Source: Eledone cirrhosa
Taxonomy: Eukaryota
NCBI GenBank assembly: GCA_964016885.1
Contig: OZ024740.1
Location: 80,848,001 to 80,912,000, forward strand
DNA: 64,000 nucleotides
Direction of reading: 5' to 3'
The number at the start of each line of letters is the position of its first letter. Positions within the stretch are counted from its first letter, which is position 1. A model generated the notes under the pieces. The model had not been told where the DNA came from, ran no database searches, and saw nothing but the letters and a program-made list of their open reading frames with translations. Position numbers and translations under genes: made by a program. Of the stretch, positions 13,130 through 27,206 are shown piece after piece.

Positions 13130-14130
13130 CAGAAGGACAAATAAACAAACAAACGCAGGAGTCAATAGTACATAGTCTTATTTGTTTCGCGCTTGGTGAG
13201 AGTGAGGGAGGGTTTACGACGTTTCTGACATAAGTACTTCACCAGGAAGTTGGGAAGAACTCCGAGAGGGGTGTCCTGGGAAAACATGAAAGGAAGAGAA
13301 AAGTAGAAATATAAATAAACATGAAAATCAAAATAAATATAAACAGAATAGAAAGGAATATATAAAAAAAAACAGAATTTAAAAAACATGAAAGTAAAGG
13401 AGGTGGGTGGGAGGGGTGTACGGGCCCGGGTGGAGAGGGTGTGGTAGTGTTTAATTGAGAGAGTTGAGGGAAAGCAAGAAAATTACAGTCAGGAGGAAGC
13501 GAGTGTATGTGAATGTGAATTTAGGAAAACCAGGTGCGAGTGTCTGTGCGTGTATAGTCCCTGTATGGGTGTAGATGGGAGTGTAGATGGAGGGGGCGGA
13601 TGGGGTGAGATCGTGTCAAATCCGGCTGCAGTGTGGGTGTATGTATAGATGTGCAAGTGTGTGTGTGTTTGTGTCGTTAAGAGAAGGGGGTGCATGGTTT
13701 GTCTGTTGGTGATGTGGGTTTATGTGCAATGCGTAGTTGCATGTGTGCGGAAATGACTCAAGTGTCTATGTGTATCTAACTTTCTGAATGGATGTTGGTG
13801 TGTGTGTATGTGGATGGTAAAGATCTGGAGGTACAACGGGTGGATTCAGCGTTATGGTAAATTCCGGGTTCAAGTAGAAGAGAATGGCGATGAAGAAGCG
13901 AAATGGTAGTGCGGCGTGCGCAACAGGAAATGGTCAAGTTGAATGGGAATGTGTGAGAGGGAGGGGATGAGGTGGATCCGGCAGAACAGAACTTGGTGGG
14001 TGAGGGTTGTAGCTGCGTAGACAGGCAGGTATGTGTGGGTGAGAGTGGCATGTGTGTATGGGGTAATGTGTATGTGTGTGTGTAGAAGGCGTAGTGGACA
14101 TGTGAGGAGGTAAAGTTGGAGTGAGTGAGT
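13125..14130 (-). mobile_element. PLE 3' region/pLTR related to 63200-64000, with degenerate hammerhead (13212-13250)
   Basis: Reverse complement resembles 63640-63980. Motif CTGGTGA..GAAA-cg-TC. Flanked by (TA)n. Confidence 0.5.
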
Positions 14131-14406
14131 GTATATATATATATATATTTTTATATATATATATATATGTCTCTGTGTGTTTACGTATGTAAATACATAC
14201 TATAATCACATTTGCACAATTATATCTCACACTGCAGCCACATAGTGTATATGACATTCGTATATATATATATATATATGGTGAGTAATATTAAATATTA
14301 CCCAGTTATAAGTATGAATATAGCTCGATGTAAAATAACAAGTATAATACAGAGCCGAAATACAATGTAAATAATAATCTCAGAGGGTTTAATCTTTCAA
14401 AGATTT

Positions 14407-14458
14407 AATAACTAACGATCGTTTCATCCTAGATGCGTCAGTTTTCATCGGAGTTATT
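14407..14458 (-). ncRNA. Hammerhead variant (CCGAUGA core)
   Basis: aataact-CCGATGA-(weak stem II)-GAAA-cgatcg-TT-agttatt. 7-bp stem I and palindromic stem III. Confidence 0.7.
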
Positions 14459-14872
14459 ACAAGCGTTAAACACAAATATAAGATCAAAACTTTGTTACAA
14501 AAACAATTGGAGGATACATACTTTGAGAGGCAAGATAAGCTGAAGCATTAATATTTATATAACGTGACTGAGGCGGAACACATGAAATATAGAAGCAGAT
14601 AAAATTCAATGAAATAAAGTAAATTAAAGTAAAATAAAATACATTGGGTTACAGATAAATAAAGTACAGCACAAATCATATACAGTTGTCGACAAAATTG
14701 ATGCTGAAGAAGTTAGTGAAAGAAGACAGAGTAATCATATATTTCAAAATAAATCTTACGGATTTAAGCATTAAAAAAAAATCTTAGACATATTGGATGC
14801 ACGTGTAGCATAGCATATGATTACAGACAGGTGAAAGAATATAAGTTCGACCACACAATTCATCCATAATAA

Positions 14873-15760
14873 CAAGGTGTGTCAGAAACGTTCCAGGACT
14901 GATGTCACAAAAGATTTCTTTCAAACCCAAACTTCACATTTAGAGTTTTTTCATTCAATGTAATCCCCCTGGAGTCTAATGCACTTTTCCATCCTTTTCT
15001 GCCACGCTTGCATGCACTCCTGGAAGGATTCTTCCGGGATCCTTCGCAGTTCTGTCGTCACGGCCTTTTTGATGTCGTCCACGTCTTCAGAACGGGTCTC
15101 CTCCGGGTCGTACTCGAAGATCCATGACTCATCACCGGTGATGACTGTCCCTAGCAAGTCTGGTCCGGTTTCAAGATGCTCGGGGATGTCCTGGCACACT
15201 TGCATGCGTCGACTCTTTTGGTCATCGTTCAGCAGTTTTGGGACCATCTTCGCGCAGACATTCTGCATGTCCAAATCTTCAGTGAGAATATTCCAGACGC
15301 TGTCCAGATTCATGCCCAGCTCATTTGCCATCAGTCTAACAGTCAGCCGCCGATCACTACGCACCATCTGTCTGACGCGCTCAACGTTAATCTCAGTATT
15401 GGTTGTTGAGGGCCTTCCACTCCTGGGGTCATCTTCCTCGTCCTCGCGCCCTTCATTAAACCTCTTGCACCACTCAAACATACGTGAGCGTGACATCGTC
15501 TCATCTCTACAAACTTGCTGCAGCAATCCCAGTGCTTCTGACAGAGTTTTCCTCAACCGTACCAGAAACTTCAAGACGACCTGAAACAGAGGACATATAT
15601 ATAAAATTATGAAGAAAAAAGTTTGATCGCTGCAGAGAGATAAGATGACAGTTATATACTCCAGGGGGATTACTTTGAAGGAGAAAACTCTTAGTGTGAA
15701 ATTTGGATTTGAAATAAATCTTTTGTGACATCAGTCCTGGAGCCTTTCTGACACACCTCG
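14873..15760 (-). mobile_element. Mariner DNA transposon, internally deleted
   Basis: About 100-bp imperfect TIRs starting c(a/g)aggtgtgtcagaaa. TA at the right flank. Transposase remnant inside. Confidence 0.9.
14951..15574 (-). pseudogene. Mariner transposase remnant
   Basis: HTH region, RSGRPS, MVPKLL, TGDESW and C-terminal GDYIE. The catalytic middle is deleted. Confidence 0.88.
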
Positions 15761-15790
15761 TATATATATATATACATATATATATATATA

Positions 15791-15979
15791 GAAACGAGTA
15801 GGACCCCGACGGCTGAGCTCAAGCTGTTTCGACGGCTAATTCTGGACCGAATTAGCCGTCGAAACGGCTTGAGCTCAGCCGTCGGGGTCCTACTCGTTCC
15901 TATTACCCACTCTACTACCCTAAGTATTGAGTACTTTGGTGCGTTATGGTCCACCTGGTTCCTTACCACATTTCCTTCG

Positions 15980-15981
<2 letters not shown>
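15791..15981 (+). mobile_element. Short palindromic pLTR-derived element with half hammerhead, in (TA)n
   Basis: 110-bp palindrome 15791-15900 containing stem II-GAAA-cggct..agccg-TC, plus an 80-nt tail. Copies at 32942-33160 (-) and 59731-59820 (+). Confidence 0.8.
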
Positions 15982-16018
<37 letters not shown>

Positions 16019-16282
16019 TATGTATGTGTGTCTGTGTGCATATACGTACACAAATATGTATAGATACACATGCATATATACTGTATATATATATATGTGT
16101 GTGCTCTTTTTCTGTTTTACCTGTTCCAGCCCTGCTGGGGCACCATCCTTGTTGCTTCATTGAGGAAGTTCATTTCTTCTGCACTTAGGTTGCCTTCATT
16201 CCGTACTGTGGGCTCATCTGCAAATTGTCATGATGCTTCTCGAAAAGATGCACGTCCACACCACATAAACAAACACACACAA

Positions 16283-16383
<101 letters not shown>

Positions 16384-17512
16384 TTTGTTTATGTGTGTGT
16401 GTGTGTGTTTGTGAGAGTGTGTGTGCACATTTATAATAACCCTAAGGAGTATCTAAATTATTTAGACGCAGTTTAAAATGTGAAAATGTTTGCTAACAAG
16501 TCAAACTTTTCATATAAACATTCTCAACTTCTACATCATGAGTGGTTTGTTTCTTTACTTTCGTTTGTCATATACGTATGCCTCTAATTGCATATCTCTT
16601 AATAGAAACGTCCAATGTGTTATTGTTATGCCGACATATCCCACGGAAATTAATTTCTCTACTCCGATTTAGTCCTCGGGGAAATTGGTCTACACAAAGA
16701 CAACATTGATAACCTTGCTTTAATGTAAGCCTGTGAAATGATATAATAATTTCCGATTAAATTTTATAAGCAGTAATGAAAATACATCTGTTAATCACTC
16801 TGTCAAACATTCTTCACAGTTTACTTCATGGTGTTAACCGTTTGCCAGCTGTTGTTTTCCAAATACCTGATTGGTGTGTTTAGATGATTAACATTTGTTT
16901 ATATTTAAGTCACAGACGAAAGCGTTAGACATTGTTCTAGAATAGAACGAGCCGATCTTGAGTTCCTTTGAAATTGAATGTTTCAGATTTTACTTTTAAG
17001 ACTATTTTTATATGCATTTAGTACATATTTTCATTATTAGCAGCATAGCAATTGTCGTAAATTTACAGAACCATTAGGGAGATGGCCTCAATGCCTGCCG
17101 GTATTTACCTGTGGTCTTTATTTCGCGGAGCTGTTTAATTTTTCTGTGGACAATAACATATAACACCAGTCAAGTATCGAGTAACACAACACCCCAAGTT
17201 AGTTGGTTTGTGCTTAAGGAAAAATTAGTAGTATATAAGAATGGATGTAGATACGCATAATGGGTACTGCAGCGGTAGAAATGGTTCGTCGTATTTGTTC
17301 CGTCTCTTTACGTTCCGGGTTCGGCTCACCATCCGAGATGAACTTTGCCTTTCATTCTTCTGGTGTCACCAAAATAATAAAATAACAAGCATGTAGTTGG
17401 GCCTATTGTGACTATGCTATAACCAATAATTAGTAAGCTAGAAACACCTACTTTTAATATGATTAAAATGAAATAATCAATCGTTAATGTAAGGAAGTGA
17501 ATTAATGTGAGC

Positions 17513-17675
17513 AATTACCACAGTGCATTACTGGTACTTTATTTTATCGACCCGGTAAGATTGAAAGGCAAAGTTAACCTCGGTGGGATTTGAACTCAGA
17601 ACGTAAAGGTCCATAGCTCTATGTGGCAAAGCATGGTCTCTGATGCTCTACTGATACTGTCTGAATTCTGCTCAC
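17513..17675 (-). mobile_element. tRNA-derived SINE copy
   Basis: Matches the 9313-9497 copy (ctggtactttattttatcgaccc..gaaaggcaaagttaacctcgg..tttgaactcaga). Confidence 0.8.
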
Positions 17676-18299
17676 TTGATAGATTCTATAACGAAAGCAG
17701 TATATGGCGTTTACTTTACTTTAATATCCTTTTGTAATGTATTTCAATTCTTATTTTAAAAAATTGTTCAGTTTGTAAATAACCACCAACGGCCAATTAT
17801 CTATATTATTGTGTATCTTGAATAGTGTGAATGTTTTTCAAGTAGGTATAAAGGGGAAATGTAAACAAAAAGGGGAAATGTAAACAAAATTTAAATACAT
17901 TTCTATATCTCAGCATGTATATTTAATTAGTTAGTCATTTAACTACGAATCCAACGCATTCATATAAATGGCCTCTTAATCGATTTGTTGACGAAAATGA
18001 AGAAAACATTTCTCTAACTAAGTCCAAAAAGAAAATTATAAAAGGGGAGACAATATCGATAATTACTCGCACTACGTGGTCGAAACATTGAGACAATATT
18101 GATAATTACTCGCACCATGTGGTTTCAGATCAATCACATTATTAATTGAATTTTATAAAAAATGATAATTAACAGTTAATTATGATGTAATTTCGGAGTG
18201 TCGGGATCTGATCAGCAGGTTCTTTGAGCATAAGAAAGCTAATAAACCTCCGGAAACAGACATGTCTCTAACTGTTAGTAAGCTCGTGTGTATTTCCGG

Positions 18300-18670
18300 T
18301 AGACAAATGCTATACTAATACAGTTGTAGTATATCTTGTACATACATCTTAATGCTGGCGCAGCATACAACATCTCCTGGAGAAGTCATCCAATATATAA
18401 GTCTCTGTATGGAGCTCTGATGCAGGAAAGTCTTACGATCTGGCTCTTGCTGGCTCTGTCACACGCCCCAAAGGGGCCGTTAAGAAATTGCTATGTTGGG
18501 TTCCAGATGCAAAAGGGAGGAGTTGTGAGGCTGTATGTTCCCTTGAAATCAATCATCAATACGGACATGCGGCCCACAGGGATGGATCTGCATGCTGTAA
18601 TGTTTGACCGAGATCTAAAGAGCTCGAACTTTATCAACCTTCCACCATCGCGACAAGATATCGGATGAAC
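18300..18670 (+). mobile_element. Decayed RTE-like LINE 3' fragment
   Basis: AAYNISWRSHP..KSLYG resembles the RTE C-terminal region. Confidence 0.45.
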
Positions 18671-18776
18671 CAAGGAAGGAAAAGGAAGGAAGAATAATCC
18701 ATGATACCTCAGTGATTGGTGCGATAATAATAAGTTATAATTATTTTTCTCGAACACTAAGAGCTCAACCATATAT

Positions 18777-20235
<1,459 letters not shown>

Positions 20236-20311
20236 CACGGTTTAGCAAATAGAGAAAAAGTTTTAATATAAATTTTAAAAATTTCGCTGTACTTACTATA
20301 TTACTATATGT

Positions 20312-20395
20312 ACCTTTACCGCGCGGTTTCAAATCCCAAAATAAATGGATAATCCAGGCGGACTTCCATTGAGAAGGGTTATCTCGTCAGGAGGT
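20312..20395 (-). ncRNA. Hammerhead motif in an inverted pLTR element (20230-20630)
   Basis: acctc-CTGACGA-gataaccc..gggattt-GAAA-ccgcgcgg-TA-aaggt. One stem I mismatch. Confidence 0.7.
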
Positions 20396-20644
20396 TCTTC
20401 TCGTTCGGAGAATATAAAATTCCCGAGCTCAAATCACAAACTGCCGCAATGTATAGTAAGTACAGCGAACTTTTTAAAATTTATTTTAAAACTTTTTCTC
20501 TATTTGCTAAACCTTGATTTTATATGTTCTGGCTTGTTAATTTATTAACCTGCCATAGAACTACATTGGCATACGGTTGGGTAATACTTGTATCCCTATG
20601 TGTATTTTTTACACATAGGAACACATACTTTATTATTATTATTT

Positions 20645-20720
20645 CTTACGGGGTCGATAAAATAAAGTACCAGTAATATACTGGGTAATTTCTGGCCTTG
20701 TGCCAATAGTAGAAACAATT
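20645..20720 (+). mobile_element. SINE 3' fragment
   Basis: cttacggggtcgataaaataaagtaccag..tagaaacaatta matches the SINE family. Confidence 0.75.
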
Positions 20721-20744
20721 ATATATGTATATATATATATATAT

Positions 20745-22217
20745 TTATTAACATAACAGATTAGAAGCTTAAGCAAAGAATCGCTGCTTTCACCCTTAAC
20801 GCGATCTTCTGAAAATAACAAAGTCAATCTGTGAACGCAGAAGTGAATATTTCAAAAAACGTTGCAACCGGAGGAAGACAGGAAGACGATACTTTGGTTC
20901 GTGGAAACGTTCCCTGGCAAAGAACGGGAAAAAACGGCTTGTAAACATAAATTGCACAAAACTTTCCTGTATTACAGCCCCACATTATACCCTAACGGAT
21001 AGTACGAACTATACGCGGATTTTTTACGTCTTGATGTGGTAGCTAAGTATATGTTATGTTTATATCATTACTTATTTGTATAGTTAAGTATATATTACCT
21101 GTATGTTTTGTGAAGGTACGTATACTTTCTCGTACGTATATTTGATTGTATATGTTATGGCGTATATATTATATATTCTGGTACATATGCTTTTGGTTAT
21201 GTGTATATGTGAGTTTTGCGTCTGTGTGAGTATGCGGGTTCGTACGTATATAGGATGTGTGTATGTGTACTTCGTGTTTTGGTTGACGTCGTCTCCGAAC
21301 ATATGTGTATTTACAAGTAGGTATGTGTGTGCGCTTGTTATATACGTATTTATTTATTTATTTATATACGTTTATTTAATTATATGTATACCCGCACACA
21401 CATATATATATATATTTATTTATTTATTTTTTTTAATATATATTTTTATGTGTATTTAGTGTATACATTCGTATGTGTGCGGGTACTGGCGTTGCGTGGG
21501 TTCTGTATGTGCGTGCAGGGTTGTTTTTTGTTTTTTTTTCGTGTACGTGCGTGTATTTGTATACCTATGGCGAGTGTTTTCGCGTATGCTTGTGTATGTA
21601 CGTATATGGATGCGTGTATGTATTTATTTAATTTAAATTACCTCTATATTTTATTTACTTTATTCTTAACTCTGAAGCCGAGAATCATTCGGTTTACTAG
21701 TTAGAATTTTAGTCTACGACTTCAGTTATACCATTTACGTGGTTTTGTCTTTGCGCGTAATTGTTCCTCTCGCTCCACATATGACGTATTATCTTCGTTT
21801 TTCCCTTCATTGCCAGAGAACGTCTCTATGAAGCACCTAATAGAATATTAGTCTACGACTTCTTTTATTCCATAAACGTGGTTTTGTCTTTGTGTGTAAT
21901 TGTTTTTCACCGCTCCAAATAATGACGTATAATATTCGTTTTTTCCCGTTCTTTGCCAGGGATCGTTTCCACAAACAAAAGTATCGTCTTCCTGTGTTCC
22001 CCCGGTTGCAACGTTTTTTTATATATTCATTCTGCGTTCACAGATTGACTTTGTTAGTTTCATAAGATCCCGTTAAGGGTGAAAGCAGCGATTCTTTGCT
22101 TAAACTTTAATCTGTTATTTTAATAAATATTTGCGCTACGGTTCTTATATATTTGATATATATTTATCCTTATCGAGCCCTCTTTGGATTTTAGTCTTCA
22201 AATTTTGTATTATTACT
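20745..22217. mobile_element. PLE remnant with inverted pLTR arms (20745-20937 vs 21937-22130)
   Basis: About 190-bp inverted repeat, each arm with a hammerhead-like fold. (TA)n at both ends. Confidence 0.65.
22056..22106 (+). ncRNA. Degenerate hammerhead (inverted twin at 20766-20816 has a CAGAAGA core)
   Basis: agttt-CATAAGA-t-ccc(gttaa)ggg-t-GAAA-gca..tgc-TT-aaact. Confidence 0.6.
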
Positions 22218-22235
22218 ATATATATATATATATAC

Positions 22236-22415
22236 GTTATTCCGGGTTGAATCGGAGGTAACCACAGTAAGTAAGGTACTCAATACATAGCAGAGTATAA
22301 AAGTTTTAATATAGATGACATTCTACAGGACTAGAACTGTTTCATTCATTAGAAATCATCAGGAATCCCTGATGATTTCTAATGAATGAAACAGTTCTAG
22401 TCCTGTAGAATCTCA

Positions 22416-22420
<5 letters not shown>
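22236..22420 (-). mobile_element. Short pLTR element with back-to-back hammerhead cores on both strands
   Basis: Palindrome 22311-22420. Minus-strand attc-CTGATGA-t-ttc(taat)gaa-t-GAAA-cag..ctg-TA-gaat. Same family as 60385-60503. Confidence 0.82.
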
Positions 22421-22482
<62 letters not shown>

Positions 22483-22487
<5 letters not shown>

Positions 22488-23804
22488 CATGCTTTGGGAG
22501 GGTCATGTTGCCAATAAGAAACACACGCACCATTTGCTTTCACTTCAACTTATTATAAATTAAATTTATAAATTTCCGGTTGGTCGGTTCCACAACCAGA
22601 CGATTGTTCATATACCGTCTAAGTTCCCCCGTCACACAATCCGTGACCCCCCCCCCAGTGACCAGGGTTTCTTTTTTTCTGTTTCTGTGCCTCTCCTTCG
22701 TTCTCTGGTTACAATCAGAGAGATAAAATCAGAGTATATAGAGGACCCAAAACCAAATGGGAAAAAATGGGAAATAATGATACAAATGGGACCTGCCCCT
22801 TGTATAGGAGCAAATTTTGGAATAGAATAGAAAGAACTAGGAATAAGGTCAATAGAATAAACACATGGTATGATAGCAATAAATACCAGAGTGTAATGTT
22901 CATCAATACAACACCTAGAGGTGAATTAGCTGACAAATTTTGAAGGGCCCTAGATAAATATAAACTCAATATTAAGATAGTAGAAAGGCCAGGTACCTCC
23001 ATAAACACACTTATTAGCAATACATACCCTTTTCAAAGACCTCCCTGTATAGATAAGAAATGTATAATCTGTAAACTAAGCCCCCATATTAACTGTAAAA
23101 CTAGAAATGTAGTATATAGCATAATATGTACCGAAGGACAATGTAGAGATAAGAATATAGTGTACATAGGTGAGACAGCTCGTAGTATAGGAGAACGGAT
23201 AAATGAACACTGGCGAGAGCTTCAAGATAGTAAAGAATCATCTGTACTCCACCAACATTCTAAAATAGAACATAAGGGTAAATTAGAGAACATAGAAATA
23301 AAAATAGAATCTACACACAGAAAAGACGCAATGTTTAGATAAATCACAGAGGCAATAAACATAAATGAACTCCAACCAAAATTAAATAGAAAACATGAAT
23401 GGAATAGCAACATCACAACTTACAATTAAGGACGGAAAGCGGCCGACCAGTGGCATGTAAATAGACAGATAAATAAACAAGTGTAAATACACACAGACAC
23501 CCGGATGTATGTGACACATGCGCAAACTGAGCACACAACACACACGGAGGCAGGATGGCGTGGGACGGAGCGGAGGAGAGGCACAGAAACAGAGAAAAGA
23601 ATCCCCGGTCACTGGGGGGGGGGTCACGGAGTGTGTGACAGGGGAACTTTGACGGTATATGAACAATCGTCTGGTTGTGGAACCAACCAACCAGAAATTT
23701 ATAAATTCCTAAATTTATAAATTTAATTTATAATAAATTGAAGTGAAAGCAACTGGTGCGTGTGTTTGTTATTGGCAACATGATCCACCCAAAGCATAAC
23801 AATA
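22483..23804 (+). mobile_element. 5'-truncated PLE (linker + GIY-YIG) with 3' pLTR and inverted 5' pLTR
   Basis: 22710-23430 is homologous to 12130-12640 (YIGETARSIGERINEH..PKLN). 22483-22705 is the reverse complement of 23570-23804. Confidence 0.85.
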
Positions 23805-24759
23805 TCGGTTTCAACACACGTTTTCAGATAAAGAATCTTGCTAAACAAATTCAGAAACGAAATATATATATATGGGGTTATGATGTACTACCTTGACCAT
23901 TTTAAATGGCAAAATGAGATAAACTCAATGCACTTTTTCGTCCTCTGTTATTCAGGAGAGACAGGAACTGGAAAAATTAAGGGTAGTTTAGGTACCAGAG
24001 CATTCAAAATTAAAATTTTAACAAAGCCAAGGAGAGGATATTACTATTATTTATACATTTCTATGAACGTTTGAACGCGGCTAGAATATCGCATATATAA
24101 TGCAATGATATATTTCTACTTGAAATGAAAGCATCCCATTTGAAATGCCTCATTGATATAAAATTAGTTTTACTTTAGAACCAGATTAGAAAAATAATAG
24201 GTAATTATACACATATATTTAAAACATATGCTTAACTCCATATATATAATTTTCTTCCATACCCGCATGGGAAGTTTGACTAACTAAACATCTTTTAAAT
24301 ATTTTCAAATCTTGCTATTATAAATAACTGAACACACTACCTTAACTTTGGAGGACATGATTTTATTATCAAATCCTGCTGTAACTAATTTCTAGTTTTA
24401 ACATATTTTTTTGAATAAATAACAAAAGAAAAAAAAAATCTGATAAATTTATAATTTTGCATGAGTTGAATAACTTATACACGCTTATGTTAACTTAGCA
24501 CTTGGAATTTTAACTATCTGGTTAAATACTTCTTGCTTTGAATCCTCTATTTTTCTTATTCTTTGTCTTATGAAGGATTTATCGTTATTTTATTATATAT
24601 ATTTCCTGAGGGGATAGGGTTGGGAAAACACGCCCATAATCGTTAACTGGTAATCTAGACTTACTTTACAAATGGATGTGATATTCTAACCGCGTTTAAA
24701 CGTTTGTAGAGATGTATAAAATAAAACAATAATATCCTATCGTTGGCTTTCTTAAGATT

Positions 24760-24822
<63 letters not shown>

Positions 24823-24823
24823 G

Positions 24824-24867
24824 GTTCCTACAGGACTAGAACTGTTTCGTTCGAAGGAAATCATCAG
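24824..24867 (-). ncRNA. Hammerhead fragment between (TA)n tracts
   Basis: CTGATGA-t-ttc(cttc)gaa-c-GAAA-cag..ctg-TA. The 5' strand of stem I is missing. Confidence 0.65.
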
Positions 24868-26352
24868 TAAATTATTGTATATATATATATATGGCAAGAG
24901 CTCGGCCGGTCGGGGACCCGACTCTTTATAATATATATATATTATAAAGCATCGGGTCCCCGACACACACACTCAATATTTATGTGCCTTAAAACTTCAT
25001 CAACACGAAAATATGTCGCCTGCCACTGGGGAAACAACTTTGATCGATTATTGTTAGGCCGTGCGGAACTAAAACAGATCAATTATATTAATCGATATTA
25101 TAAATATTACTAAAGTTATTGTTGTGCACGATTATAATTCATAAAAGTTAGAAGCTATGTGGACAGAGAAATTTGTCAACCTATGTTGTCAAATCACGGC
25201 TCTGCAATAAAGTTAAATCAATTAATTCTTGTAACCAACTCGGTCTGCGTGAAACGATAATTTTTCTGAAAAAATAAAAATTGAGAAAGCTTATCGAATA
25301 ATTTGTATTTTGTTCTAATTGGAAACGACTATTCCTTACTCTTGTAGTCAGAAATAATACCATACACTCTCCACACACACTTAAAAGCACACGTACGCAC
25401 ACATATATATAGTCATATATTTACATAGTTACCGTGTACTAAATTCAACGTAGGTGGTATTGCTCAAAACGAGACAACTGTGGAAGACACCCAAATAACC
25501 ATTCAGTGGAATCAAAACTGTATTATGTAGTTGGGAAAATAGTGACTTGCATAACCATATTCATGTGTTCATTGTTCACGTTGCATATATCGCATCCTTA
25601 AATTTCAATTAGGATGATTTATGTTCAACCTTTTCTCCAGGATATCCTTGCTTAACAGTTGATCACATCTAATAATTTAAATTATCGTACAAATGAATCC
25701 TCTTGAAATAACGTATGATGGGAAATGGCAAATATCTCATAAATTAAGAAACAATTGATTCTCTTTATAACAAAGAGTTCAAAATATGGCGCTAATCACT
25801 TTGTGATAATAAAATGTGTGTCATAACCACTTGAAAGTGAGCAGTTCATTACCGCCCAGGCGCGCACTCGAGATATACGAAAAGCAGTAATTTATTCATA
25901 ATGGACTGTTGGCCTTCATTAGTTAGGAAGGGTTGTGGCGATATAAATTGATTGGATTAAGTACTTTCGTTTAGCAACAACTTTATATCTATTCTTCTAT
26001 AAAACAAAGGTCTAGATGCTATTGGAAACGCGCATTAGTAACACTGTATTAGTACCATAAATAAAAGTGAGAAAACTCTAGATGAGGAGATATATATCGA
26101 CACTCTTCGATTCTTGCTTAACATACGTTCACTACGTTCACTTCAATTATGCTATTAGTATCCTTAGGAAATATATGGCTCTTTTAATAGCATATTCTTA
26201 ACTTCTCCAAATATATAAAATCATTCATCTAAGTGAAAAGGATCTATACTAGTATATACATATAGAATGGCTGTGTGTCGGAATTATCATAGGTGTTGCG
26301 CATTATATGAATTACAATACTAATATATTCTCTGAAAATGATTATATCGACC

Positions 26353-26796
26353 TGTAGTGACCTACATTCCGCGGGCTCACATACATTCTCTGTGCGTGAT
26401 TTGGCTCAGCTCAGCCAATCAGCGCCAGTAGAAGAGGATGTATCCCTACGCGTTCTGAGGGAGAAATAGCCCGCAAAGATTTGAGGACGCCACCACTTCC
26501 AGGCTAGACGACTTCCAGGCGTGACCATGCTAAGTAAACACCGCTTGTTCCTTTGCTCCGCCAGCGCAAACAATATGTAACGACAAAACATTCCTACGGA
26601 GCTGGCTAAACGCCTTCAGCCAGTTGACCGCATTTTCTCTTGTAATCTTAATTGAATTATTTCATTTCTCTCGGCATGCCAACTCAACTCACTTCTTAAC
26701 TTCTGTTAATAAATAATGTAAAACCAAGCAAAAGTCGTTTTTCGATATTCCTCTCATATCTTTCTACCTAACCTGGTTCCTCGTGGCAACATTACA
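26353..26796 (+). mobile_element. Possible solo LTR
   Basis: Termini tgtagtg..cattaca, GC-richer than flanks, internal AATAAA, tggtgac PBS-like words downstream. No clear TSD. Confidence 0.35.
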
Positions 26797-27174
26797 ACTT
26801 CTGAAATATACTTCTCCGCTAAATTGGAATTTACATCTTCAACCAAATCTGGTGACAATACATCTTTCACCAAATTGGTGACAATATACCTCAACCAAAT
26901 TGATGACTTATATTCAACAAAGAGACACATTACTTTCCTTTAGACCTTTCCTCTCACTGTACATCTGTCTATAGGGTGAGTGAGAGACATATATACAAAG
27001 ATCATTTTACCCTCTCCCTAAAGAATTTAATATCTGCTTTGTCTAAACATGTTCGTCGTTGTATTATTGCAGCAATATATTATATAGTAAATTTAATCCC
27101 TCTGTTAGCAGAGTAAATTGCTGTAAAACGCACACACAGGCGCTTGCGTATCATACACACACACACAATCACAC

Positions 27175-27206
<32 letters not shown>

